The notes beneath the pieces were generated by a model. It made no database searches. It saw only the letters and a program-made list of their open reading frames with translations, and was not told the origin of the DNA. The translations under genes were made by a program, and so were the position numbers. Shown here in pieces: positions 43,997 to 57,701 of a DNA stretch of 64,000 bases. The DNA comes from Eledone cirrhosa. Its lineage: Eukaryota. How positions within the stretch are numbered: position 1 is the first letter of the stretch; each line of letters starts with the position of its first letter. The stretch is from positions 378,758,001 to 378,822,000 of the forward strand of contig OZ024741.1 of the NCBI GenBank assembly GCA_964016885.1, read 5' to 3'.

Positions 43997-46900
43997 ACAG
44001 TTGCATTTATCTTGCTTTATGTTCATACGAGTTATCACCAAGTCACAACCAGTGACCTCAAGAGACAACAAGGTGCGCCATGTTCAAGAAAGAACATACA
44101 TACTCACACATGCATCTTTAGTGTTTAGACTTGTGATGTACTTATATTGATAGAATCTTCCTTAGTATATGGGCAGTTCCCATTAGTACTATCTTTTGTA
44201 TTTCTCCTATACGCGGGTTTCCTGGGATTTGCGATAAGTAATCATTAGACCCCTTAGGTATCATTCCCAGAGCGCCTACAACCACTGGTATTGTTTTAGT
44301 TCTCAATTTCCACATTTTTCCAATTTCTATCTCCAGGTCCTTATACTTGCTCAATTTTTCAAATGTTTTTATAGATACATTCTTCTCTATTGTAACAGAC
44401 ATATCAATTAGCAGGCATACCCTATTTTTGAAGTCCTTCAATATTATATCAGGTCTATTTGCATCTATTTTTCGGTCTGTTTGGATGCTAAAGTTCCACA
44501 AGATTGAGATGTGATCTTTTTCAAGTATGGGAGGTGGTTGATGCTCCCACCAATTCTTTTGATGGGGCAGATCAAAATGCTTACACATTATCCAATGTAT
44601 GTATTGTGCAGCTCTGTCATGCCTGTTTAGGTATTCGGTTGGAGCCATCGGACTGCACATTGAAATTATATGGTCAATGGTCTCTGGTTGTTTTTTTACA
44701 TACACGGCATAATGGGCTGCATCCATTTTTTATTATGTTGCCTTTTTTTTTTTGTTGGCAGACACTGATCTTGTGCCGATATAATCAGTCCTTCAGTCTC
44801 CGATTTCAGTCCAGAGGATGCCAACCACTGATGGGTTAAAGTTTTGTCAACATCAGGATTGTTAGCTCGCTCTGGGTATTTTCCATACAGAGGTTTTTCT
44901 TGCCATTTCTTAGCCAGTTTCTGTAGCAGTTCTTTCTTTGCAATTACTTTTACCTGCTTTGCTTTTTCTGTGTTTTCCATTTCAGCAGTAAATGGGACTT
45001 CTGAAATTTGTAGTCCATTACTGTATCTTTGTGTATCTTTTGTAATGGAATATGGTCTTTTGATGGTTTCGTGTTTCAAAACGAGTTTGATCATCCAATC
45101 ATGTGATTCCCTTAGATAGGTAGATAATCCAATCGTTACAGTTTTCAACACAATGTATAACTGGATTAACCCACGTCCTCCTTCTTTCCTAGGGACATAT
45201 ATTCTATCTATATCTGCCTTATGGTGATGCATTCTGTGCATGGTTAAGAGTTTTCAAATTTTTGTATCGAGCCTACGGATCTCTGTGCTTGACCAGTTGA
45301 TGACATTGTAACTGTAGGTTACTACTGGTATGGCAAGCGTGTTTATGGCATCGATCCTATTCCTTGCATTCAATTCCGTTCTTAAGATTGCTCTTACTCT
45401 GCGATAACATTCCTTCCTTATCCTTTCCCTCATTGTCGAGTGCTTGATTCCGTCTCCTTCACAAACACCTAGATATTTGTAAGTTTTTTCTTGATCAAGT
45501 TCTCTTATCACGTTCCCCCGATCAAGATTAACGTCTGAACTCTTCAGTAGCTTTCTTCTGGTGAACGTTGCTTTGGCGCATTTGTCTAGTCCAAACTTTA
45601 TTTTAATGTCATCACTGAACTGCTCCACAGTGGATAATAGCCCTTGCAATTGCTCATCATTTTTTGCAAATAGTTTCAGGTCATCTATGTACAACAAGTG
45701 ATTAATGATTTTGTCATAGACTTTATATCCATGTTTTGTTTCATTGAGCATTTTACTTAATGGTATAAGTGCGATGTAGAATAAAAGCGGTGATAAAGAG
45801 TGTGAAAAATTCCACAATTAATATCAACTTCTCCAGCTTCCAGTGATTTTGTTTCACTATTCAAAAGGAGTGTCGTTTTCCATGTCTTCATACTGAATGA
45901 CAAAAACGTCCTGACAACGGGGGATATTTTGAAAATCTCTAAACATCTTTCAATCCAACTGTGTGGCAAACTATCGATGCTTTTTTATAATCTATCCAAG
46001 CAATCGATAGTTTTTTGTGTCTATTATGACAATCTTCCAGTATAATTTTGTTAACCAGAAGCTGATCCTTACAGCCATATGAACCTCGTTTACACCCTTT
46101 CTGCTCAATGGGAAATAGGTCATTTGTTATCAGGTGGTCATATGTGTATTCAGTTAGGACTGATGTTAAAATGTTATACATTGTGGTCAAGCAAGTTATC
46201 GGTCTGTCATTTTTGGGATTGTTTGTCTCATCATTCTTCGGAAGCAGGAATGTAATGCCGTTAACTAGCCATGATGGTATCTTTTCTGGCTCCTTAACTA
46301 TTTCATTGTAAAGTTGGGCTAACAGCTCATGAGGCTCTGTGAAGGCATTTATCCAAAAGTTTTGTATTTAGTCTTTTCCTGGGGATTTCCATTTGCTGGT
46401 TTTTCTTAGAGCCACGCGCAACTGTTCAACTGTTATATTTTCCCATATTTGTTCCTCAAGGTGAGCTGTATCTTTCATTTGTCTGTCTCTCCATGGGGCA
46501 TGTATGTTATGAACTTTTTCTTCGGCCCAGATCTTTTCCCAGAATTCTTGCACTTCCTCCTTGGGTGGTATTGATTTAGCAGTTATTGTTGACATACCTA
46601 TTTTTCTGTAGAAGTTTGTTTGGTTGTTTTTGAACATATTATTGTCCTTATAGAATCTAGATCGTTTTTCAAAGCGCCTTATACGAGCAGCTTTGGCCGA
46701 CACTTTTTGTTTGATTATTTCTATCAGCATGTCTATGTCACTTGTTGATTTTATACTGTACTTTCTTTTCAATTTTCTAAGTTTAGTTTGTTTAACATGT
46801 TCACCTACTTTATAGTTTGTAAACATTTCTATGTCAGATCTGAGAAGGTTTATTTGGCGATTGATGTTCTCTTGCCAAGTAGATTTCTTGTGGGAATTCC

Positions 46901-48935
46901 ATTGTTTTTTCATCTTCACTCCACATAAGTGAGTGGTGACTTTAGCCGCTGCATAATAGAGATGATTTAAATCAGTAATGTTTAGTTTGTTTGTGATGAT
47001 AATGTTTTTGAGAATTATGTTAGTGTTGTGTATTATCTTTTGGTTCTGTTTGGAGTTCTGGATCTTAGGGAGGGTGTCTCGTTGCTCCATGTCAGATTCT
47101 TTCATTTTCATCCATTTGATCATAATTTCATCCTTCAAGTTGGCAAGTTCATTCTCATTCATTTCTTTATCATTTACGATCTCATTATTTTCATTTGGTG
47201 TTTCATCCTGAGCATGCACTCCCTCCACTTTTTCGATCCTTTCTTTAATTTGTTCTGTGGCCAGTGATTCCGCCCCAACCCTGGGATTCGAAGTGTTACA
47301 ATTTACCTCGTTTTGACTGACACATGTTTCATTTTCCCTTCGCTGACTTTGTGCTAATAGCTTGATCTGATCAATTTCTATATCAGTTAGTAACTTTTTT
47401 CTTACAATATTTCTTCGTATTTTGGCTAGTTTGTTGCTGTCAATATAGCCTCTGTTTTCGGGATGTTTCTTTTTCCAGTTGATATATGTCTGTTCTGTAT
47501 TCGATGTATTTGATGGGTAGTACATGGCAGTGTAGAAAGCCTCAAGGACTTCTTTATTATCTTCCCTTGACCATTTTTATACCTTTTTCTTTGGATTTCT
47601 TGGTGTTGAGCATGGAGGGCCAACAGTAGGAGTATTCCGGTTATGGGAGGTCTCCAGCTCCGAAGTGATGGGAAGGTTTGAACCATTAGCTGATTTTTCG
47701 ACCCCAGTCTGGTTACTCTCTGAGGGACGCGGCCCTTTTTTACCCGGGTGACGGCCGATCCGGTATGAGATTTTATCATTAGACATTTACTTTATTTTGT
47801 CGCGTTTTATCCTTATCCGCCAAGGCGTAATCATTTAGTGTTACCACTTCTAGAACTAGTGTCAACCAAGACTAGAGGGCTCGTCTCCCCTAGAGACACG
47901 GCTATTCCCCACCGATCGCCATCCCGGTATTTCTTGGTCACGGGGTATCTTTTTGTAGTTTTTTTTTAAATTGTTATTATCATGAGTGGTTCCTTAATGT
48001 GAGCATTGCGTGGCTTAAGAATGAAATTATTAATAATTGTCTCCACTCCAGGCACAAGGCCAGCAATCACCCAGTGCATTACAATAATATAATATACTTT
48101 TTGCTGAAGTTGCCTGTTATTGTTGTTGGCTATGTCGGTGGTGGTGCTGGGGATATTTATATTGTTGGTGAGGAAGGGGTGAGCTAGCAGTGCCATAGTT
48201 GTTAATGTTGACGTTTGGCCGGTGGCCAGGTCACAAAGTCAATCTATTTATATCTTTTGCTAGCTTCTCCCTTGTCTAGTGATACCGCCACCTTCCCCTT
48301 TATCTCTCAATTTAACAGTGGAATATTGGTGGTTGCAATGAAGGAGTGGTGGCGGCGGTGATGGGATAGTGGTAGTAATGATGGGGTGGGGTGGTGGCGG
48401 CGGTGGCTCTGACGTTACTGAGTTTTGTGATATCTAGTATATATGAGTATGTGTCGCGTATGTTTAATATATATTGTGTTCACATGTTCCCGTAAAATTG
48501 GGATTAAACATTTAAAAAAAAAACTTGAGACAATAATAATAGTAATTATTATTATGATGCTGAGATTGGTGGTGGTGGTGGTGAAATTGCCGTTATCTGG
48601 CTGTTATATTTAGTGTCATGGGGTAGGTGGTGTATCAAGTTTCTGGTGTTGGTGAAATTGCTGTTATTTGGTTGTTCTATATAGTGTAGACAGAGGGTGT
48701 TTTCTTCCATTTATAACCATTTTCTTTTTTGAATGCAAAATATATGATACGAAATTGAATATTTGAGCGATATAACAATATAATATGGATCCGAAATTTT
48801 ATGGGACTTGACTCGGTGGTTTATGCAACATTTGTACTAAGAATTGTTATTTCACAATTGATTTAAACATGTTAAAAATCAAAAACTTAAGGGAGCGATT
48901 TCATGACCTTCTACCACCTCGTGCGTCTTCTTCCC
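43997..48935 (-). mobile_element. R4/Dong-clade LINE copy 1 (full length, frameshifted; ORF ~47786-44142)
   Basis: RT (EQKGC, LYIDDLKL), CCHC remnant, RLE motifs RHD/NRPDI/KLSKY; 3' end in (TAA)n. Confidence 0.92.
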
Positions 48936-48968
48936 TTTTCTTCGTCTTCTTCCCTTTTCTTCTTCTTC

Positions 48969-49060
<92 letters not shown>

Positions 49061-49062
<2 letters not shown>

Positions 49063-52000
49063 AGTTGCATTTATCTCGCTTTATGTTCATACGAGTTATC
49101 ACCAAGTCACAACCAGTGACCTCAAGAGACAACAAGGTCCGCCATGTTTAAGAAAGAACATACATACTCACACATGCATCTTTAGTGTTTAGACTTGTGA
49201 CGTACTTATATTGACAGAATCTTCCTTAGTATATGGGCAGTTCCCATTAGTACTATCTTTTGTATTTCTCCTATACGCGGGTTTCCTGGGATTTGCGATA
49301 AGTAATCATTAGACCCCTTAGGTATCATTCCCAGAGCGCCTACAACCACTGGTATTGTTTTAGTTCTCAATTTCCACATTTTTCCAATTTCTATCTCCAG
49401 GTCCTTATACTTGCTCAATTTTTCAAATGTTTTTATAGATACATTCTTGTCTATTGGAACAGACATATCAATTAGCAGGCATACCCTCTTTTTAAAGTCC
49501 TTCAATAATTTATCAGGTCTATTTGCATCTATTTTTCGGTCTGTTTGGATGCTAAAGTTCCACAAGATTGAGATGTGATCTTTTTCAAGTATGGGAGGTG
49601 GTTGATGGTCCCACCAATTCTTTTGATGGAGCAGGTCAAAATGCTTACACATTATCCAATGTATGTATTGTGCAGCTCTGTCATGCCTGTTTAGGTATTC
49701 GGTTGGAGCTATAGGACTGCACATTGAAATAATATGGTCAATGGTCTCTGGTTGTTTTTTGCATACACGGCATAATGGGCTGCACCCATTTTTTATTATG
49801 TTGGCTTGGTAATTTTTTGTTGGCAGACATTGATCTTGTGCCGATATAATCAGTCCTTCAGTCTCCGATTTCTAGTCCAAAGGATGCCAACCACTGATGG
49901 GTTAAAGTTTTGTCAACATCAGGATTGTTAGCTCGCTCTGGGTATTTTCCATACAGAGGCTTTTCTTGCCATTTCTTAGCCAGTTTCTGTAGCAGTTCTT
50001 TCTTTGCAGTTACTTTTACCTGCTTTGCTTTTTCTGTGTTTTCCATTTCAGCAGTAAATGGGACTTCTGAAATTTGTAGTCCATTACTGTATCTTTGTGC
50101 ATCTTTTGTAATGGAATATGATCTTTTGATGGTTTCGTGTTTCAAAACGAGTTTGATCATCCAATCATGTGATTCCCTTAGATATGTAGATAATCCAATT
50201 GTTGCAGTTTTCAACACAATGTATAACTGGATTAACCCACGTCCTCCTTCTTTCCTAGGGAGATATATTCTATATATATCTGCCTTAGGGTGATGCATTC
50301 TGTGCATGGTTAAGAATTTTCGAATTTTTGTATCGAGCCTACGGATCTCTGTGCTTGGCCATTTGATGACATTGTAACTGTAGGTTACTACTGGTATGGC
50401 AAGCGTGTTTATGGCATCGATCCTATTCCTTGCATTCAATTCCGTTCTTAAGATTGCTCTTACTCTGCGGTAACATTCCTTCCTTATCCTTTCCCTCATT
50501 GTCGAGTGCTTGATTCCGTCTCCCTCACAAACACCTAGATATTTGTAAGTTTTTTCTGCATCAAGTTCTCTTATCACGTTCCCCCGATCAAGATTAATGT
50601 CTGAACTCTTCAGCAGCTTTCCTCTGGTGAACGTTGCTTTGGCGCATTTATCTAGTCCAAACTCCATTTTAATGTCATCACTGAACTGCTTCACAGTGGA
50701 TAATAGCCCTTGCGATTGTTCATAATTTTTTGCAAATAGTTTCAGGTCATCCATGTAGAACAAGTGATAAATGGTTTTGTCATAGACTTTATATCCATGT
50801 TTTGTTTCATTGAGCATTTTACTTAATGGTATAAGTGCGATGCAGAATAAAACCGGTGATAAAGAGTCACCCTGAAAAATTCCACAATTAACATTAACTT
50901 CTCCAGCTTCCAGTGATTTTGTTTCACTATTCAAAAGGAGTGTCGTTTTCCACGTCTTCATACTGAATGACAAAAACCTCCTGACAACGGGGGATACTTT
51001 GAAAATCTCTAAACATTTTTCAATCCAACTGTGTAGCAAACTATCAAATGCTTTTCTATAATCTATCCAAGCAATCGATAGATTTTTGTGTCTATTATGA
51101 CAATCTTCCAGTATCATTTTGTTAACCAGAAGTTGATCCTTACAGCCATATGAGCCTCGTTTACACCCTTTATGCTCCATCGGAAATAGGTCATTTGTTA
51201 TCAGGTGGTCATATGTGTATTCAGTTAGGACTGATGTTAAAATGTTATACATCGTGGTCAAGCAAGTTATCGGTCTGTAATGTTTGGGATTGTTTGTCTC
51301 ATCATTCTTCGGAAGCAGGAATGTAATGCCGTTAACTAGCCATGATGGTATCTTTTCTGGCTCCTTAACTATTTCATTGTAAAGTTGGGCTAACAGCTCA
51401 TGAGACTCTGTGAAGGCATTTATCCGAAAGTTTTGTATTTTGTCTTTTCCTGGGGATTTCCATTTGCTGGTTTTTCTTAGAGCCACGCGCAACTGTTCAA
51501 CTGTTATATTTTCCCATGTTTGTTCCTCAAGGTGAGCTGTATCTTTCATTTGTCTGTCTCTCCATGGGGCATGTATGTTATGAACTTTTTCTTCGGCCCA
51601 GATCTTTTCCCAGAATCCTTGCACTTCCTCCTTGGGTGGTATTGATTTAGCAGTTATTGTTGACATACCAATTTTTTTGTAGAAGTTTCTTTGGTTGTTT
51701 TTGAACATATTATTGTCCTTATAGAATCTAGATCGTTTTTCAAAGCGCCTTATACGAGCAGCTTTGGCCGACACTTTTTGCTTGATTATTTCTATCAGCT
51801 ATCTATGTCACATGTTGATTTTATACTGTACTTTTTTTTCAATTTTCTAAGTTTAGTTTGTTTAACATGTTCACCTACTTTATAGTTTGTTAACATTTCT
51901 ATGTCAGATCGGAGAAGGTTTATTTGGCGATTGATGTTCTCTTGCCAAGTAGATTTCTTGTGGGAATTCCTTTGTTTTTTCATCTTCACTGCACATAAGT

Positions 52001-53990
52001 GAGTGGTGACTTTAGCCGCTGCATAATAGAGATGATTTAAATCAGTAATGTTTAGTTTGTTTGTGATGATAATGTTTTTGAGAATTATGTTAGTCTTGTG
52101 TATTATCTTTTGGTTCTGTTTGGAGTTCTGGATCTTAGGGAGGGTGTCTCGTTGCCCCATGTCAGATTCTTTCATTTTCATCCATTCGATCATAATTTCA
52201 TCCTTCAAGTTGGCAAATTCATTCTCATTCATTTCTTTATCATTTACGATCTCATTATTTTCATTTGGAGTTTCATCCTGAGCATGCACTCCCTCCACTT
52301 TTTCGATTCTATCTTTAATTTGTTCTGTGGCCAGTGATTCCGCTCCAACCCTGGGATTCGAAGTGTTACAGTTTACCTCGTTTTCACTGACACATGTTTC
52401 ATTTTCCCTTCGCTGACTTTGTGCTAATAGCTTGATCTGATCAATTTCTATATCAGTTAGTAACTTTTTCTTACAATATTTCTTCGTATATTGGCTAGTT
52501 TGTTACTGTCAATATAGCCTCTGTTTTCGGGATGTTTCTTTTTGCAGTTGATATATGTCTGTTCTGTATTCGATGTATTTGATAGGTAGTACATGGCAGT
52601 GTAGAAAGCCTCAAGGACTTCTTTATTATCTTCCCTTGACCATTTTTCTACCTTTTTCTTTGGATTTCTTGGTGTTGAGCATGGAGGGCCAACAGTAGGA
52701 GTATTCCGGTAATGGGAGGTCTCCAGCTCCGAAGTGATGGGAAGGTTTGAACCATTAGCTGATTTTTCGACCCCAGTCTGGTTCCTCTCTGAGGGACGCG
52801 GCCCTTTTTTACCCGGGTGACGGCCGATCCGGCATGAGATTTTATCATTAGACATTTACTTTATTTTGTCGCGTTTTATCCTTATCCGCCAAGGGGTAAT
52901 CATTTCGTGTTACCACTTCTAGAACGAGTGTCAACCAAGACTAGAGGGGTCGTTCTCCCCTAGAGACACGGCTATTCCCCGCCGGCCGCCATCCCGTATT
53001 TCTTGGTCACGGGGTTTTCTTTTTGTAGTTTTGTTAAATTGTTATTATCATGAGTGGTTCCTTAATGTGAGCATTGCGTGGCTTAAGAATGAAATTATTA
53101 ATAATTGTCTCCACTCCAGGCACAAGGCCAGCAATCACCCAGTGCATTACAACAATATAATATACTTTTTGTTGTAGTTGGCTGTTATTGTTGTTGGCTA
53201 TGTCGGTGGTGGTGCCGGGGCTTTTTATATTGTTGGTGAGGAAGGGGTGAGCCAGCAGTCCCATAGTTGTTGATGTTGACGTTAGGCTGGTGGCCAGGTC
53301 ACTAAGTCAATCTATTTATATCTTTTGCTAGCCTCTCCCTTGTCTAGTGATACCGCCACCTTCCCCTTTCTCTCTCAAGTTAACAGGGAATAGTGGTGGT
53401 AGCATTGAAGGAGTGGTGGCGGCGACGATGGGATAGTGGTAGCAATGATGGATGCGGTGGGGTGGTGGCAGCGGTGGCGTTGTGGTTACAGATATGTAGT
53501 ATCTATGAGTTTGTGTTCGTATGTTTAATATATATTTTTATTATATATCGTGTTGACATATTCCCGTAAAATTGGAATTAAACATTTTTTTAAAATTTGA
53601 GACAATAATAATAGTAATTATTATTATGATGCTCGTGAAATTGCCGTTATCTGGCTGTTATATTTAGTGTGATGGGATAGGTAGTGTATCAAGTTTCTTG
53701 TGTTGGTGACATTGCTGTTATTTGGCTGCTCTATATAGTGTAGACAGAGGGTGTTTTCTTCCATTTATAACCATTTTCTTTTTTTGAATACAAAATATAT
53801 AATACAACATTGAATATTTGAGCGATACAACAATATAATATGGATCCGAAACTTTATGGGACCTCATTCGGTGGTTTATGCAACATTTGTACTAAGAATT
53901 GTTATTTCACAATTGATTTAAATATGTTAAAAATCAAAAACTTACGGGAGCGATTTCATGACCTTCTACCACCTCTTGCGTCTTCTTCCC
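49061..53990 (-). mobile_element. R4/Dong-clade LINE copy 2 (full length, frameshifted; ORF ~52855-49206)
   Basis: 638-aa RT segment (YRPITCL, DYRKAFDS, GIFQGDSLSP, FYMDDLKL) plus RLE. Confidence 0.93.
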
Positions 53991-54020
53991 TTATTCTTCC
54001 CTTATTATTATTATTATTAT

Positions 54021-54420
54021 TTGCATTTATCTTGCTTTATGTTTATACGATTTATCACCAAGTCACAACCAGTGACCTCAAGAGACAACAAGGTCCGCCA
54101 TGTTCAAGAATGAACACACATATTCACACATGCATCCTTAGTGTTTAGACTTGTGATGTACTTATATTGATAGAATCTTCCTTAGTATATGGGCAGTTCC
54201 CATTAGTACTATCTTTTGTATTTCTCCTATACGCGGGTTTCCTGGGATTTGCGATAAGTAGTCGTTAGACCCCTTAGGTATCATTCCCAGAGCGCCTACA
54301 ACCACTGGTATTGTTTTAGTTCTCAATTTCCACATTTTTCCAATTTCTATCTCCAGGTCCTTATACTTGCTCAATTTTTCAAATGTTTTTATAGATACAT
54401 TCTTGTCTATAGGAACAGAC

Positions 54421-54422
<2 letters not shown>
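54021..54422 (-). mobile_element. R4/Dong copy 3 (5'-truncated, ~0.4 kb)
   Basis: Same C-terminus and 3' UTR as the other copies; (TAA)n on both sides. Confidence 0.92.
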
Positions 54423-54463
<41 letters not shown>

Positions 54464-57400
54464 GAATGCTATGGTTGACGGAGGCTCGGCTCTGTAAGGT
54501 ATTGTAAATTTTGAACACTATAACAATTGTAAATTGTTTAAAACTTTAACGAACTTGTAGACACAAACACCCTCCTCCTCGTGAGAGGGGTCTTTCTGCC
54601 CGTTATTTGGCCCTTCGGGGTTAAATAACTGCTTATTGGAGCTTTGTACCCAATATTTATTTTAAACAAAAAAAAACAACATGGCTACGAAAAAGAAATT
54701 TCATAGGTTACTCCCACTCATTCCGTCTTCTTCTTCCTCAATCATCACTACAGCAGAGAGAAGATTGTCTCTCTCCCTCCCTTCTTTAAATGTGTCTCTC
54801 TCCCTCCCTTCTCTTTCGCAAGCGACTAAAGAAAAGAAAAGTCTCGTGCAAAGCGTGCAAGGTTTCTCCACGACGACGACGTCAGTGACGAAACAGGTGT
54901 GCGGGAAATACGAAACCCAGTTCATTCGTCTGACGTCAGGAATAATAGCAGTAGCAGCCGTAATAACAACAGCAACAGTGACAATGAAAACAACAGTAGC
55001 AGCCGCAACAGCATCACCAGCAGCATAAACAACAACAGCATTAGCAGCAGCAACACCAACAACAACCACAGCAACAGCGGCGGAGTCAGTAGTCGTAGTA
55101 CCTGCAGCAACAACAAAAGTAACAGCAGCTCTGACGACAACAACAACAACAGCAGCAAAGAAAAACCAATCTCATTTGCAGGTATTGCGAAAAACTTGGA
55201 AACAATCCTCATAACAAATGAGGAATTAGAGGAAGCGAAGAAGATGGTGACAAAGATCGGACACCGAGCAATCTGCAAGGCAGCGGAACAATTTTTCGAA
55301 ACCCAACAGCACTGTACGGTCACGTACCGTACAGTAAGTACAAAATCCCGTAGGGTGGAAAGAGCTACAGAGGCTCAAATACAAAAGCCTTGGGGTCTGT
55401 GTGGCAGCGGAAAACGCACATCACCCGAGGCAAAAAATATGCCACCGTAGACGTACTTTTTGCCACACCCCAGGAGGCAAAGGCCCAATCCGTAGTGACC
55501 CTAAGGAGCGAGGAAATGGGGTTTGTGCCCTCCTACTGCGGGCAAAAAATTGTGAGGGTCAAACTGACCCACGTCCCCCCGGGATGGCCCCTTCTTGGCT
55601 GGCCGCGTCTGTCCTCTACGGAATCGAGGACAAAACAACTGTACTGCAAGTACAGAAAAAAGTAAGAGAAGATTGGGTCGGCACCTCCATTGAGATGCTA
55701 ATCCAAACCAACCAGGAGTGCATCGAAGCTATCCCGGATGGGATAGACTTCGATAACGGCACTCAACTGCTCATAAGTGTTGAGGGAAAACGGCCGAAAT
55801 GCTTTCGCTGTGGATCGAAGACTCACATCAGGGCCTTCTGCAACGAGAAGACCCTGAGAAAGGAGAAAACCCCCCATCCTTCCGAAACCGGCTCCACGGC
55901 TACCAGCAACAGGACAAGCGGCAACCAGGAACGATAGGTGTGGCACCCATACCCACGCCACGGAAATCAAAAACAGCAGCAGCAGTGGAAATATTAACAA
56001 CAACAACAGCAATACCAAATGCAGCTGCAACAGAGACTCCAGTGCAAACATCACCAACAACAACAAGTGAATGAGTGGAGCTGGTACCCCTCCCCGACCT
56101 CACAGAATCAGACATGGAGTGTGAGGTGGGAGAGGGATGGCAAAAGGTCGTAAGAAGGCACAAACGCAGAAACAGCGCATCGTCGCCTTTGAAAAGGGAG
56201 GAAAGAAATGAGAAAAGGGTAAAGTCTACTGCAAAGAGACCCACAGCAGCAACACCACCAACACCATCACCACCCACACTAGCACCACCATCACCACCGG
56301 CGACAACCCCACCGCCAACAACACCTTCAACACCACCACCACAAGCACCAACATCGCAAACACAACAACAAAACACACACACCCAGCAACAACGACAAGA
56401 AAATAGCAGAACCACACCCCACCCCCAGAAAAACAAATGCATGGCAATAAATACACACAACAAGAAACTAATGACTTACATAATTGAACACTCAGACATT
56501 TCACAACACGACTACATAATACCAGCACCAATCAAAACGCGAACCAACATAAGGCTGCTAAAAATAGCACAGAAACAATACACAAACATTAAAACGAAAT
56601 TCCCCAACGCAGTTGGTGATTTCAGGGACCTAGGAGGAACTATCAATCGAAGAGTATATTCAGACATTCTCTTAGAAGAGCCGACGACCAGCCGAAGGGA
56701 CGATTCAACGGTCCCTTCACCAGACGATCAAGTGAAAAGGGATGTAAAAACCATCCCTCCTCTACCAAAAGTACGGTAAGTGATCTTTCCCATCTTTTCC
56801 ACTCTATTTTAAACATGACATCATTCAGAAAAGGCAGCATAAATGCGCGTGGCTTTGGGTCGTCATGGAAGCAGGGTCACCTGCTCAACGACCTCAGGTC
56901 ACTAAACATAGATGTAGTGGCCATCAGCGAGACCAGAATCTCCGAAGCACGGGCCTTTGCACCGATCTTCGGCGGCTACGATGTGTACGCATATCCTAGC
57001 CGTCCGGGATCGGGGGTGGAGTCCTGCACGCACTCGTCCAGTGTCCGAAAATTCTGTCGCGTTTAGGACGGATCCGGCTATCATCTGAGTCTATCGTGAG
57101 GATTGCCCTGCCCTCCTGCTTTAGCCGGGAAGGGCAGGCAGTTTTTATCTGTCTGGTGGCCATGGCGAAAGAGATAGTATGGTGGACACGTTTGAAAGGG
57201 CTGAAGACGAGCACTTACCTCTTCGGTGATTCTCTGATTGACTTTTTCAAATTTCATTTGAAAAGGAAAATCAGATTAGAGAGGGAAGTGCTCTCTTCTC
57301 AGCATTTTGTTGAAAGATGGGTGAGAGAAGCAAGAATGGCCCGAGTGAATGGGCCTACTCTGAGTATATATCTGTAAATTAAAGGTGGAAAACTGGGAGA

Positions 57401-57630
57401 GGGCACTTGCCTTGGTGGTCAGGGTCATTGTGGCTTTTTACTGGGCTTTCTCCACAAATGTCCCTCCGAAGTCTCCCCCCTATTGTGGAATTTTTCATTG
57501 TTATTTTTTGTTACACCCTCTGTTTTTTTTTGTTTTTTTACACGCAGAAATGCCCATTTGTACCGTCCTGTATTTTCCTGCACTGTCCTTAATGTCTACT
57601 TTATGTAAACCCTTGTGGTTAATAAAGAAA

Positions 57631-57632
<2 letters not shown>
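54464..57632 (+). mobile_element. Tx1/L1-clade LINE with internally deleted ORF2
   Basis: ORF1 54681-56779 (frameshifted) with Zn knuckle CFRCGSKTHIRAFC; APE start 56815 (INARG, ISETR) joined at ~57023 to the C-terminus VLHALVQCP; ends AATAAAGAAATC(ATT)n. Confidence 0.88.

Positions 57633-57700
<68 letters not shown>

Positions 57701-57701
<1 letters not shown>

Noticed and set aside
48890-48940. HDV-like ribozyme at the R4 5' end
   Set aside because: The ACCTCGT-like loop is on the antisense strand, with no P1.1/P4/P2 pseudoknot.
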